Source: Podarcis vaucheri
Taxonomy: Eukaryota
Direction: 5' to 3' (one strand)
Assembly: GCA_965113315.1 (NCBI GenBank)
Contig: OZ220370.1
DNA: 64,000 bases
The notes beneath the pieces are model-generated. The model did not search any database, was not told the DNA's origin, and saw only the letters and a program-made list of their open reading frames with translations. Positions 25,920-39,059 of this stretch are shown in pieces. The position numbers and the translations under genes are program-made. Numbering within the stretch: the first letter of the stretch is position 1; every line of letters starts with the position of its first letter.

Positions 25920-28012
25920 CTCTAGCTGGACACATGATTAATATATAGAGCTGGGGGAGGGTGGGGATATGTTTTATGAGGAAGTACACTTTGTTAGTAC
26001 CTTTTAAACAGTGTTGCTTGAGAAATCTTTTCTATAGCAACCTGAGATCTACTGACATCTTGGAATTTTAATGAAATAGAAGTGAAGCAGAGATTGTAGT
26101 TGGCTTATGTTGCTTACTCTGCAACATTACCTGAGGCATTTTTTGCTTTCATTTTAAAAAATAGACAGGACATTTTTCACCTCATTAACTTGTGTTAATG
26201 AAAATTGAATTTGAAATGTTCACCTCCCTCAGTTTCATAATATACTTGGACTTCGGTATTTTTAACACCTTACCTAACAAGATACCAGTATATTTTCCAC
26301 AATCTTACATGTACAAAAAATTAAAGTTGCTTTTTTAAAAAAAGAGTGATATCATTAACAATTTTTCTGTTACTATTTTTCAAACAAAAAGTAATATTTC
26401 AGACTGCCCGAATTATTTACTATAATTTCTAATTATAAATGACAGAAGCAGCTAGTAGCAAGTTTTAACATTTTATAGAAAGTTCTTGTCTGGCAGGGAT
26501 TCAAAAAATCCTTATCCAAATTCCTGAAGTGCTTCTATGCATTCACAGGAGCTCTGTGGTTGTTTTCTTCTAGTTGGAATACCAGTCCCCCCCCCCAAAA
26601 AAAAATTCTGATCCACCAAATCCCACAGTACTCCCTATTAAAGGTACCTGATATTGTGTGGAAAGAGGGATGCAGCAAATGTTCTGTTGCAGGCGTAATG
26701 ATAACAACAACAACAACAATTTTATTACTTATACCCCGTCCATCTGGCTGGATTTCTCTAGCCACTCTGGGCGGCTTACAGTGCATATAAAAACATAGTA
26801 AAACATAAAAGGTTGTTTGGAGCCTAACTAAGAATTTAAACAGCATGACAGTTGATTTTGAGGTAAAGTTAAGGTGTCTTTCTCTGCTATTGAAGTAATT
26901 CAGTCTTAAAATGGTATAATTTGAAGTGGATTGTGCTTTTGAACTGTTTAGTTTAATTAAATTTCCTAAACACAAATTCCTCCACTGTGCTTAAATTTAG
27001 AATGCTAAATGCCTGATTCACCAGCACGTTAAACTGGACCAGGCAAATTTAAGCTGGTTAAATCTTTGGCTTTTTTGACATGTATTAGAGAGAGAGAGGG
27101 AGACAGACAGACATAATTCTTAAAATAACAAATAGCAGACTATGGGTAGCATATTCTAGGCACCATTTCCAGAATAAGAGACACATTCCAGAACTGATAC
27201 GTTCTGCTGTTCTTTTCAATTTAAAAAGCTGTGGCCTAGAGCACCGAAATACTCTTTTAAGCCATCACTTATAGATGGTGTGGCATTAGGTAAGATGCTA
27301 TCTTTTAATGGATGAACTCATGCTGCTGAAAGAGTATGCAGACAATTGAGTTAAAAACTCGACTTCAGGCAGATGCTTGGCAGAATTATGTGAACCAGAA
27401 ACTGCATACTCTTTAAGCCACTGTTGTTGGCCCGGTAAATTGTAATAGCTTGCCTATTTGTTCTTCTCCTGCTTATTCTCTGGGGCCATCAGAACAAAAT
27501 ATACCAAAGTTAAACAGATAGTTTTGAGTATTCTTTGCAGGCCTGGTATCAGACTTTCTTTATAACTGATGCAGCCACAGTGCTGCACATACTGATAAGT
27601 GTGTCAACAGGGACTTTCTCAACCCCTTTCCTTTTTCTTCAAGGACACTGAAAGAAAGGGCAAAACAAAAATCAGTTCACCAGAAAGAGAGAGAAAAAGA
27701 GCATTTTGTCCCAATAATCTGGGACTTGATTGGAATATATGGTACTGTTGTTCTGCCATTAGACACCAAAAACTAACTTTCAAAGATTGTTACTTACTCT
27801 CATGGTCATCATTACCTCAAAATAGTTTTATGAGCCTGAAAGCACCATCATTTAAAATAGTATATTTTCCTAAAAGTTATTAAGCTTGAAAAGTCTCTAG
27901 TGTGCATTAAAAATGTATTTACAAATATCCTCTGCATTGAGATATGTATTGTTCCAAAACTATGGTCATTTAATAGTGCATTAGCTGAAGGATGAAACAG
28001 CCAGCTTCTCTG

Positions 28013-28198
28013 TTTATTTTTTATACTATCCTTTCTCCAAAGAGCTTAGGTTGGTGTGTATGCCTCCCCTACCTTCTATCCTCAAAATAACCGTGTCAGG
28101 TAGTTTAGGCTGGCACAAGTAACCTTTGTGGCTTAGTGGGAATTTGAAGACAGGCGTATCCAGTCTAAATTGAGCACTTTAACCAGTGCACCACACCA
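28013..28198 (-). mobile_element. Degraded tRNA-derived (MIR/CORE-like) SINE
   Basis: Minus-strand A-box-like GGTGTGGTGCACTGGTTAAAG and B-box-like TTCAAATTCCC, a core-like GGTTATTTTGAGGATAG, and an AT-rich tail. Confidence 0.55.
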
Positions 28199-31100
28199 AA
28201 GAGTTTTTCAAAGGATCCATTTGCTTAAATAGTGCTGCCCAAATTGTCTACAAAATGGGGTGGCTCACTTTATAGAGCAAAAGAGACATGGAAAAGCTCT
28301 CCTTAAGGAGAGCAAAATTTGAGCAGTTTACCTTCACAAATTTGTCACCCCATCCCCCTGTCCCCCTGAGCTCAGCTGGAGTGGGGTGTGGCAAGGATGC
28401 CTCATTTGAGAGAGGTGCAGAGGGTTGCTACTAGGCAGATGACATTTTCTGTTGTGGCTCCTGATTGTGGAATGCTCTTCCCAAGGAGTCTCAGCTGGTG
28501 CCAACTTTGTCATCATTTCAATACCAGGTTTAAAATATCTCTGCTCCCAGATGTTTGGTTGTTTGGCTGTTGGTACCTGGTGTATTTTATTTGGCTGTTT
28601 AATTGATGGTCTTCCTGAGGTATATAGAGGTTAAAATGTTGTATTTATTTTTTTTTGTATTTTTATTCTTGTTGTCTGTTGGGTGTAAATTCCCTTAAGA
28701 TTTCACAGTGTATGGTGATTAATAAATAAAGTAGCAGCAGTTGTAGTAGTAATAATAATAATAATAATTGGAAGTAAGGTGTTTAGCTTCCCTTGCCAGC
28801 ATATTCATTTTGCTGTTGAAACTGAGATTGATTTATCTGTGATGGAGCAAACTTGAGTCTAAACAAATAGGATTTGCTGTTGTCACATCTGTTTTTGGCC
28901 TTAAAGTATAAAGAGCTAGGATTCCAGAATAAAGGAGGGAAATTGACATTGTCAGTACTTTGTCAAGTAAAAGCTTATTAGAAAGTTTCTGAGCAGTTGT
29001 AGTGTGTAGCATTACGTAACCACTTTGGGAACTCTGATAGAAAAACATGGTGCAAAATGAAGAAATAAAATACTGTATCATTTAGCAGTTTAACTAAGTA
29101 TATGGTTGCATTGGTGCACTAATTCTAGAGTCTGGCTGCAGCAAAAGCTCTGAGGGTATTTCTCCTCTTTAAGTCGCATGTGCTTCTTGCTGCAGTTCTG
29201 AAGTTGAGGCTGAAAGGGTAAGTGGCTATATGCTTACACTGGGAAGCAACATTTGGCCCTTTAAGTTGCTAGCTCATTGTGGCAGCAGGAGAATTAGGCT
29301 GCATATCTTTACAGAAGTAAGTCGCATTGATTTTAGTGTCAGTGCTGTAATTATTTATAGTATCCTGCTTTTACAATTCCGTTAAGTTCCAGATAATAGG
29401 ATCCCCCCCCCATGTTGAGTAAAGAACTAAGTGATTTTGAACTGGTGAAAACAACGTGAAATAAAGAGACATCGTCAACAATATTAATATACATTCTCAT
29501 ATATGAGAAGAAAGCATGACAGAAAGTATTTGAGGGTTGAATATGTCTTATTTTCTGCATAAGAAATGATAATTTTTGAACCAGTCTAAATGTGCTCAGA
29601 AATATCCAGATTTAATTGTATATATATTACCCTCTGGCCTTCGGTTGGCTATGTCTGATGAACCAGGGGCAGCTCCATGCCAGCAGAGCACTGGAGAATT
29701 ATTCCCTCTCCATTTCCCTTGTGGTACTCATGCTGCAGATTAGCTACTGTCCTTTGCAGATTGGCCACCTATCCATTGAAGGATATTGTGGCATCCCAAA
29801 CTAACACATTTTCTGTAGCAATGGTCCAAATATTACTTTTCCAGATGCATGAAACAATATTCTCTGATACAGATATAAACAGAATGACATGCTCATACAA
29901 TGGGGGAAGATAAAGGATAGAGTGTCCTATTACTCTGTAGAGTGAAATGCAATCAAGGTCCAGTGAAAAGGGTAAATGGTCTATTTAGCTTGAGTGTGAC
30001 CCATTCCTGCAGGTAATGAATTGGCAAATCAAGATGAATAGACAACCAACACCACTTTGCTGTGCCAATTTATTACCAGTAAGGTCACACTCTCTCGATT
30101 GGATTTTTTTTTACCCTAGAACTTGTTTGCATTCCATTCTACATAGTAATAGGTCACACCTGTCTCTTCCATCGATGAGTCCACAGGTATCTCTTGGTAA
30201 TAACATCTCTCTTCAGTCTATACATGTGTGGTGTGTGTAGATACACAAAGCCTTGTACTTAGCAGTTTAGCTGTTTATCTGACAAAGTGGATTCTTGCCC
30301 ATTAAAGGATCCAAATCTAGCATTACAGGTTACACCAAAAGCTACTAAATCTGTATAGCATGAATCCAATATTGTCTCATTCTATATGGAAGTATACAAG
30401 GCATTAGTTTGTTATTTATTAAAAACTGTTATGTTCTTCCATTCCACAGCTGTATAAAGTAGCTTACATCATTGCTTTAAACCAATTTCATAGAATGAAA
30501 CAAATTCATAAACAGAAAACTGTGAACATTAAAACTCAAAACAGCACCACCAAACCCAAAGCACATTCTCTTCCTCTGTCAGTCCAGAGGTTTGGGAAAG
30601 ATAGGATTTTTGAAGGAGTTTGTTCCGAAAGGGGGACCACTGACACTTGGAAAAGATTATTCCAGAAAGTCAGATTTGCTACTAAGAAACATTTGCTTCT
30701 TACTCTTGACTGTTTAGCTTCCCCAAATGTGTGTGTATGGGGGGGTATTTTCAGCTGGGTTCTCGGCTAAGATTTTTAGAGGCTTGAAAAGTTTCATGCG
30801 AATTTCTCCACAGTTGCCATAATCTTCTTAACCAAACTGATTTTTGGCATATCCTGATATTTCCAAAATGGGTACACTGACTGTGTGTATCAAATGGGCA
30901 GGCATTGTTCATATATGTATAATATAGTTCTGCAGGAACTTATGAGGCATTCTGTGAATATTACAAAACAATATATTTCCATTTACCAAGTATTAATTTC
31001 ACAAAACTGAGGCACGCTCCATTTGAAGCATGAAATCAGAATGAAATCAACACATTTTAATAGCTTTTCTTTGGGAAGAAGCATTAGTACAGTTGGTCCT

Positions 31101-33750
31101 CCAATAGGATTCTGTAAGCGTTGCTCTGAATATTTTCATGTACCTTTCTTCACTATTTATGTCTCATGCCTAATACAATTGAACCTTCTCAAATGTCTCA
31201 ATGACTCTGGGCTGGTTCAGAAATAACATTCCTGGAGCGGGGATGGTGATGTCATCAATTTAAAATGGCACCTTAGTTTGCATCTTCTACTCACCCTGAA
31301 GGCATTATAACACTCTGCTTGCTTTATTCAACACAAACACCTCTCTCTACTATTGGGGGCATCATTGTGCTGCATTGCTTTCAACCTTTCCAGTTCCAGG
31401 ACCCAGCTGTAGGTCCTATTCCCCCCCCCCCCCAAAGCTTGTATTTACATGGTGTTGCTGCTGCTGTTGCAACCTGCCTTAGGAATGGATCCAAAAGGGA
31501 ATAAACAAGGGTGGGATTGACTTTTAGCTATGCCCAGGGAAAAGAAATACTAATGGATGCTAACTTTCAAAGATTTCTGGTGTGCTCTTGTAATGAGAAG
31601 AAATATAGGTTAAAATTTCAAATTGCTGTGTTTTAGCTTATACGAACCTGAAAAAGTAGCAGTAGCTGTTCTTTACAACAATGCATATTTGCAGTATTGG
31701 TGTCCTCCAGAACTGTCTCTAGGTCTGATATTCACAGATTCAGTAAAAGCTTAGTTAGGTGCAAATTAAGTTCAAGTCAGAATAAGATCAGGAGAGCTAT
31801 GAATGTTGCTGATAAAGTCTCAAATTGATTTATTTATAATAGGGATAAGGTATCAGGAAAGGAAAGAGGAACAAAATCACCCACACCTTCTGGGTTCAGC
31901 TTAAGTGAACTCATTATTTTTCCTTTGCTAAGGCATCAGTCCTCTGAGTAACTGTTTTCACTGAGAGAGCTGACAAATCCAATAATCTATGGAAAATTAC
32001 CTGCATAAACACAGAATTGTATTACTGCCCAGTGTAATTTCTTGAATATAGTGGTCCTCGTTATGGTATGCTCCATCTTGATAAAGGCAGGATATATACC
32101 GAGGTTGCATTTTCCTGACTCAGACAAGTCAAGTCCTGCAGAATGGCAGAGCTTAAATCTCTATGCAAGCTTTAGCTTTAAGTATCTCCCGAGACCAACA
32201 AATCATGCTGCATTGCTGTTCATACTGTGATGAGAGCTACTGATTTTGATCTGCCAAAATGAGAAATTTTGAAATGACAGGCTACTAGGACATGATCCAT
32301 GACAATTTATGCTTTGAGAAAGAAATTGCTATAGAAAGTCACCTTGATAAAACCAGTACCAAACTGGAAAAAAAGTTTTGTGATAGTGTTTCCAAAATAG
32401 AAAAAGACTGAAACCAGCTTTCCTCTTAATAGTTGCCACTGGAATGATGCTAAAGCAAAGTGTTATAATAATTTAAACTGATATGTACAGCTATATTTTG
32501 ATTCTGGGTCGCCTTTCCTAATCTACACATAAATTATTCTGAATCTAGCAACATTCCCATCTCACTTTGTCTTAAATATAAAATGAAAATATTGTTTTTA
32601 TAACTCAAGAGATGAATGGTGACATTAGAAAGTTTGATAGTGGGGTATCTTGAATTATGCATTTTTCTATTTGTTACTGCCTCACCTTGTTCTCTCCCCT
32701 ACACCACCACCATTGTTTCTAATGGAAATACCATAAAATGGTACCTTGTATACTCAATCCGTTATTGCTACAATATTTGTCGTATCATGAAGAAAAGAAC
32801 ATTCAATATTTGTTTCTCACTTTTAGCCAATATAAAAAGGGCTAGGTATATGAGTAGCAATGGGTGAATCAGTTTTTTTCTAGTCTGTGTCAGTATTCAC
32901 TCATAAATCCGTTTCATCTCATTTCCATAATAATCTATGAATATATTTTTAAATACACACCAAAAAATTCACAAATTAAATATTTGATTTTTATTTTAGA
33001 ATTACATTTCTAAATGTATTTTCTCCTGACATACCTACTGCTAAATGCATATTTTCCTAATGCATATTTCTAAATGTATTTTGATATGTTTTGGAGCCTA
33101 GAACCACAATGGAATATTTGAGAAGTATAAAATCTGAAGGCTAACTAAGTACTGATCTAGACATTAGTCCAAGAGGTGCTGATCAGATGAGTTCATATCA
33201 GAATTTGCAAATACCGGATTCATCAAGGTTCCTTGTGATACTTCAGATCTTGACCGTTGGGTTTAATTACTTCTAGAAAGGTTGAGGGTAGGAAAATGCT
33301 TATGCCCCACCTACTAGGGAGTGCCATTTACAGCCTGATGTGGTGGGGTTTGGGGAACTGTTGGTGACAGGATTTCCCATGTGACTGGGAAGCGCTTTGT
33401 GTACCTTCCAGCCATGCAGGAGGTTGAGAGATGATCGAGACTAGGGAAGCCGACCAGCATTCAGCCTGGCTCCCTGAGGGGGCAGAGCTTCAGGAATGGA
33501 CCTGACTAGAGACTGCCCACTGTCAGGTACATTCCTGGAGCATATAAGAGAAAATATTATCAGCTCTTCTTTATTTGGTTATCAGCCAGTTTAACGTCCC
33601 ACCCTCTTCTCTGTACTTCAACACTTGCCTTCTTGCATAGCAGTCATCACAACTTGAGCCCTCACTCTGGGAATGTCCTCTTTCTTCTGCCTAAACTTGC
33701 TTAATTCCAGGAATTTGATGCCCCCTATCTATATGAACTGTGGGCTGATT

Positions 33751-34275
33751 AGGTAAAAGGTAAAGATAAAGGACCTGGATGGTTAAGTCCAGTCAAAGGC
33801 GACTATGGAGTTGTGGCACTCAGTGGCGTAGCGTGGGTTGTCAGCACCCGGGGCAAGACAAGTAATTTGCGCCCCCTAACCCGTGGGTTTTAGTAGGGGC
33901 AGAGAGCTGCGAGTGTGAGCACGCCCCCCCAGATGTTGCGCCCGGTGCGGCCGGCCCCCCCTGCACCCCCCACGCTACGCCACTGGTGGCACTCATCTCA
34001 CTTTCAGGCTGAGGGAGCAGGTGTTTGTCCACAGATAGTTTTCTGGGCCATGTGGCCAGCATGACTAAACCGCTACTGGTGCACAGAGGACCGTGATGAG
34101 TGCCAGAGTGCACGGAAATGCCGTTTACATTCCCACCATGGTGGTACCTATTTATCTACTTGCACTGGCGTGCTTTCAAACTGCTAGGTTGGCAGGAGCT
34201 GGAACAGAGCAACGGGAGCTCACCCCGTCGCAGGGATTTGAACTGCCAACCTTCCAATCAGCAAGCCTAAGAGGT
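33751..34275 (-). mobile_element. Sauria SINE interrupted by a hAT MITE
   Basis: The (ACCTTT)-type tail reads as ggtaaaaggtaaag. The body is collinear with the 56741 copy once 33821-33993 is removed. Confidence 0.88.
33821..33985. mobile_element. Young 165-bp hAT MITE
   Basis: Perfect 17-bp TIR CAGTGGCGTAGCGTGGG and exact 8-bp TSD GTGGCACT (33813-33820, 33986-33993). Confidence 0.95.
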
Positions 34276-34409
34276 TCAGTACATAGAATTAAGCTCCCCC
34301 ATATTTCTAGGGTTTACAGATGTCAAATGCTTGCACTGGGGCAATAGAGGAAGATTATCACAGTGCAGCATAGCAAAGTTATAAATTGTTCCTCTAGGTG
34401 ATAAAAATA

Positions 34410-34751
34410 CAGTGGTGCCTCGCAAGACGAAAATAATCCGTTCTGTGATTCTCTTCGTCTAGTGGTTTTTTTGTTTTGCGAAGCAAGCCCATTGACGGAT
34501 TAGAGGATTAGCGCTATTAGCGCTATTAGTGGCTTTTAGCGGCTTATCAGCTTATCGGATCAGCTGATAAGCGGCTTAGCGGCTTAGAAAAAGGGGGGGA
34601 GGGGAAAAACCCGCAGGAACTCGCAAGACATTTTCGTCTTGCGAAGCAAGCCCATAGGAGATTCGTTTTGCGAAGCACCTCCAAAACGGAAAACTCTTTC
34701 GTCTAGCAAGTTTTCCATCTTGCGAGGCATTCGTCTTGCGGGGCACCACTG
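34410..34751. mobile_element. Tc1/mariner (pogo/Tigger-like) MITE
   Basis: TIRs CAGTGGTGCCTCGCAAGACGAA / TTCGTCTTGCGGGGCACCACTG with TA TSDs and internal TTCGTCTTGCGA repeats. Confidence 0.92.
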
Positions 34752-34965
34752 TACCATTAACATTTCCTTCAGAGTTTTTCGGTATTCTTTGCATTTTTTC
34801 CATGCTTTTGTCATGTTTATAGAATTATACTGATTAGAGACTATGATTTTGTAGCTGCTGTGTTGTCATGTCGTTTGTCCTTCAGTTTCCTTTTTAGGAT
34901 GTGTGTTCATCAGTCTTCATTTCATTGTCTTACATTTTCATTTTTTGTTTCTGCTATGCTTTCAG

Positions 34966-35031
34966 TCCTTATGTCAGTCTGCCTTGGTCTCAACACACTC
35001 AGTCCATTGACTACCATCATAGAAATGCCAG
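34966..35031 (+). CDS. RIMS2: RIMS2 66-nt cassette exon (SPYVSLPWSQHTQSIDYHHRNAR), phase 2-2
   Basis: ctgctatgctttcag|TCC...GCCAG|gtatct. Resembles the recalled mammalian RIM2 insert (HFLTLPRSRYSQTIDHHHRDGR). TGCATG at 35071. Confidence 0.85.
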
Positions 35032-35649
35032 GTATCTGTTTTCCTGTGTGTGTGCCTCTGTGTGTATAAATGCATGTCCCTGCTTGCACCTATATTTTTA
35101 CTTCACTCTGTTCAGGTCACTGAAGGGTATTGTAGGATTGCTTTATAGGCAAATATTTAGAAGATTAGTAGGTGTTATTTTTAAAGACTGAAAACATTCA
35201 GCTGTTTGTTTGCCTAACCATACTCTACTTGATAACACCCGCTTCCTGTTATTGGCATACATGAAATAGCAGTTGATTTATGAGGTTTTGTCTTTGAACT
35301 TCCAAATGTTAGAGTCAGGTCATTGATCATTCCGGAAAAGGTATATGGGTCACACCCACACCATATATTTAAGTGTATTTTAAGTGAATTTTGTGGATGT
35401 GACCCATATACCTTTAAAGCACATGGCTACCCCCAAACGAATTCACAGAGCTACAGTTCCCGGTACCTTTAACAAACTACAGTTTCTAGGATTCTTTGGC
35501 TGAAGCCACGTGCTTTAAATGTGTGTAGTTTCTAGACCTATATATAACATTTCAAAAAGTCACTATCCCAGGCAGTGTTGACAACATTCAAGTAGGTTAA
35601 TTTCCATAATGAAAGAATAAATGATGTTACGTGAAGGACAAGTATTAAA

Positions 35650-35990
35650 GCTGGTGTAGTGTGTTATCTAAACGGGTGAGCTGTGACCCAGGGAAGACCT
35701 AGTTGCTGGTGTAGTGTGTTATCTAAACGGGTGAGCTGTGACCCAGGGAAGACCTAGTTGGAATCTCATCTGAGCTATGAACTCTGTTGGTAGCTTTACA
35801 TGCACATCTGTCTCTTCGCTCCAGTGCTTCCAGCTGTAGTTTGGGGCTAATAATGCTACCCACCTTACATAATAATTGTAAGGATTATTGCAATATGGTA
35901 CATGTGAAGTCCTTTCAGCTCTCAAAACTACAGTACTATATAAATGTTGTGTACTGTTATTGCTGTTGTTATTATTATTATTCTTAATTA
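35650..35990 (+). mobile_element. tRNA-derived CORE/MIR-like SINE with a tandemly duplicated 55-bp head
   Basis: 35650-35704 equals 35705-35759 exactly. A-box-like TGGTGTAGTG, B-box-like GTTGGAATCTC, core-like AATAATG..CCTTACATAATAATTGTAAGGATT and a (TTA)n tail. Confidence 0.65.
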
Positions 35991-36707
35991 TTGTTATTCC
36001 AGAGACTGGGATGCAAGCAGAGTGCCTCATGAACTGCATGTTTTTGTAGCTTTGACATATGGTTTTCACTGTCAGCCTCTGACAGTAATGAACACTTCTT
36101 AGAAAGGAATAGAAGTCTTTCAGACTCGGGTCATGCAGTTATTGTCTCTAAATAGGTGGTAATGCTGTTTGTATCTTGTGGATGTAGCAGCAGGTACAAA
36201 TTTATATCTCCCTGGAGTGGGATAGTTGTGTGAATGAGAGAACATTACATCAAGGTCAGCACTGAAAGTGGCTTTGGACGTTACTGAAGAAGCGTCATCA
36301 ATAAATGCAGTTACTACCTACGGTAATTCTGCATTTGGATGGCAGTGCTTCTTGTAATATTTGAAGGTGAACTTATGCAGAGGAACTTGGGCAACCTACC
36401 ACTTCTGCATTTTGCCTGTGTGAATTTTGATTGGACTATCACCAAAGTCACTTGTGTGTCACTTCTGGAACTGTTCTGAGTTTCTCTTATTCTTAGATTT
36501 ACAATCTAAAACCATGATAGTGCTTTATCACTTTGAGAATGCTTTGCATTAACCATAAACATTTATACATTAGCATGCTTTATATGTACATCTGAATTGG
36601 TCTTTTTCCCCCTTTCTTTGTCATTTGCTTCTCTGTGTTTACCTTTGTGTCTCATTTGTGTACATGTCTTAACTGTAGCTTCATGTTCATCCCTTATGTT
36701 TTGGCAG

Positions 36708-36815
36708 CAAGGATCACTCAATGTATCCTATCTTTTGCGAAGATGCAGTCAGATTACTTCGATCCCGTACGATGTGCCGTACCTATTCTGAGGGTGCTTA
36801 CTATGAATTTGAGAG
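36708..36815 (+). CDS. RIMS2: Candidate RIMS2 108-nt cassette exon (SKDHSMYPIFCEDAVRLLRSRTMCRTYSEGAYYEFER), phase 2-2
   Basis: ttttggcag|CAAG...GAGAG|gtataa. Stop-free in the required frame and CpG-rich relative to its flanks. Long pyrimidine/YCAY-rich upstream intron. Confidence 0.75.
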
Positions 36816-37829
36816 GTATAATTGGTGTGGCATGTTTGTTTAGTCTCCCACATCATTCATAAGCAAACAGTACTCTGATGTTCAGTAATCTGCAATTTAA
36901 GTTTTAAATGGTACATTGGAAGAAAGAAGAAAAGGCACTAAATGCAGGAGTAAAAGGAGAGGTCTCCCCAAAGGTGCGCAAAATACATTATATAACTCAT
37001 GATGTGTTGGATATTAAAACTCTTTCTCTGAGGTGACTCTAAAAACAAAATCCACATGCCACCCATTAACAATTCATTAATAAAAATCATATTCAAAGAT
37101 AAATGTATCATAAAAATGAACATACCCAACTGGATGCATAACAAGACTCACTAAACAGGGATATTATTTTATGACCTTTAGATTAGTGAAGATAATCTGA
37201 TCAAAGGTTTCCTTTGCTTTATAGACTGTGTCACTGCTCTCTTTAATTTTATCATGAATTTTTGTTTGTAAATTTAAAATATTATCATCTGCATTGCTCC
37301 TAGAATTACTTTATTCTTAGAGAGCAGAAATTTTCTTTTTTATATTGGTATCAATCATTAATTTGGCCAAATAAATAAATAAAAATATAGAAGCCGATTT
37401 CCCCCCTTTTGCACAAATCACAGGCATTGCTGTATCATACCAACCTAATTTTACATAAATGGCATCCAGAAAAAAGGATATTGCTGTGATGTTGTGTGTA
37501 AACCATGGCGTTTGTTGAATTCCACAGCTTAAAGGGACTAATTAGGACTCTTTCATGTTGTGCCTTTTTTTCACCCCCTGGCTATATCAGTTGCATAATT
37601 TCAAGGTTCGTTATGTCTTGTGGCACTCTTGTGTTATGAGCATCTTTTTCTTGTCAGAACCAAACTACATTTCATAGCTACATATAAATCCTCCTATTCT
37701 TAATTTAGAGCTCTGTCTTCAGACTACCATGTCAGTCACTCTATATAGCTACACCAATTTTAGGGTTAAAAATGTAAACATGGTTCTTTCGTTTTTTCAT
37801 TTCTTGGTTCTTTAGCTTTTTTGTATTTA

Positions 37830-38604
37830 TAGTGGTACCTTGGTTCCCAAACTTAATCCGTTCTGGAAATCTGTTCCAAAACCAAAATGTTCTAAAACCA
37901 AGGCGTGCTTTCCCATAGAAAGTAATGCAAAATTGATTAATCCATTCCTGACTTTAAAAAACAACCCCTAAAACAGCAATTTAACATGAATTTTACTATC
38001 TAACGAGACCATTGATCCATAAAATGAAAGCAATAATCAATATACTGTACTATAAAATAAATAAGACAGTACTGTAGATGATAAAAATTATTATTTTTTC
38101 TTACATGCACTGATGATAGTCATTGTTTGGATGGGGTTTTTAAATCATTTTCTGCAGTCACACAATCAATCAATCAGTAGCTGAACAGGGTTCCACACAG
38201 TCACAAAAGCAAGTCACAAAAATGAAGTCACAAGCCACAGTCCCAAATCGAAGTCACAAGCCACAGTCACAGGTCAATCCCATAAAATTAAGAACAAGTC
38301 ACAGTAAAAAAACACCAGAAAAGCCATACAAACAAAAATGCAAAAAAACAGCAAAAACAAAAGCTTCAAATATCACCTCTGTGTTGCGTGGGTGCCCAGA
38401 ACTCAGCAGCCGATGAGCTCAACAGGAAGCCTCTGATTAGCGGCGGGGGGGACTCCATTTACAAATGAAACACACTTGACAAGAAGTGGAACATGTTCAG
38501 CTTCCAAGGCAAAGTTCACAAACCGGAACACCTTCTGGGTTTGCAGCGTTCTGCTTCCAAGTTGTTCATATAAACTAAGCTGTTCTTAAACCAAGGTACC
38601 ACTG
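37830..38604. mobile_element. Tigger/pogo-like non-autonomous DNA transposon
   Basis: TIRs (T/C)AGTGGTACCTTGGTT / AACCAAGGTACCACTG with TA TSDs and internal AGTCACA(A) repeats. Confidence 0.88.
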
Positions 38605-39059
38605 TACTTAAGTATATATCCATGTATACATTACTCCAAAAGAGGAAATTCCCAGATCAAAAATAACAAATTTAAGTAACTGTTAGGTTCTCTTTAGGTT
38701 CTCTGTCATGTGTTATTGCAACACCCACTGAATTCCCCTTTTACTGCCATGATACAGGCCTTATACATTACTATGAGGTGTTGTAAGCGAGAAATAAAAT
38801 TAACATTTCTCTGTGTTTTTTTATCTTCACAATCAATTGCTCATAATGACTACGAGCGATCCTCAGATTATTTTTTTGAGTTTTGGGGTACAACATAAAA
38901 TGCAAGGGCAAGGTTACCTTGCTGTATGTGCACTGCCTTGCCTTAAAATTTACAAAATGGACCAGGGCAATTAGATAATCAAAACTTAAAACTGTCCAGG
39001 GGGCAAAAGTACTGGCACATTCAGAGATGCCCTATCTGAAAACTTCAGTTCTATCCCCA

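Noticed and set aside
34576-34833. Similar ORFs here and at 40850-41181, suggesting a duplicated gene
   Set aside because: Both are translations of the same non-coding MITE family.
38150-38360. Regularly recurring AGTCACA motif, superficially array- or CRISPR-like
   Set aside because: Short internal repeats of a Tigger-like element in a vertebrate intron. There is no constant repeat/spacer structure and no cas genes.
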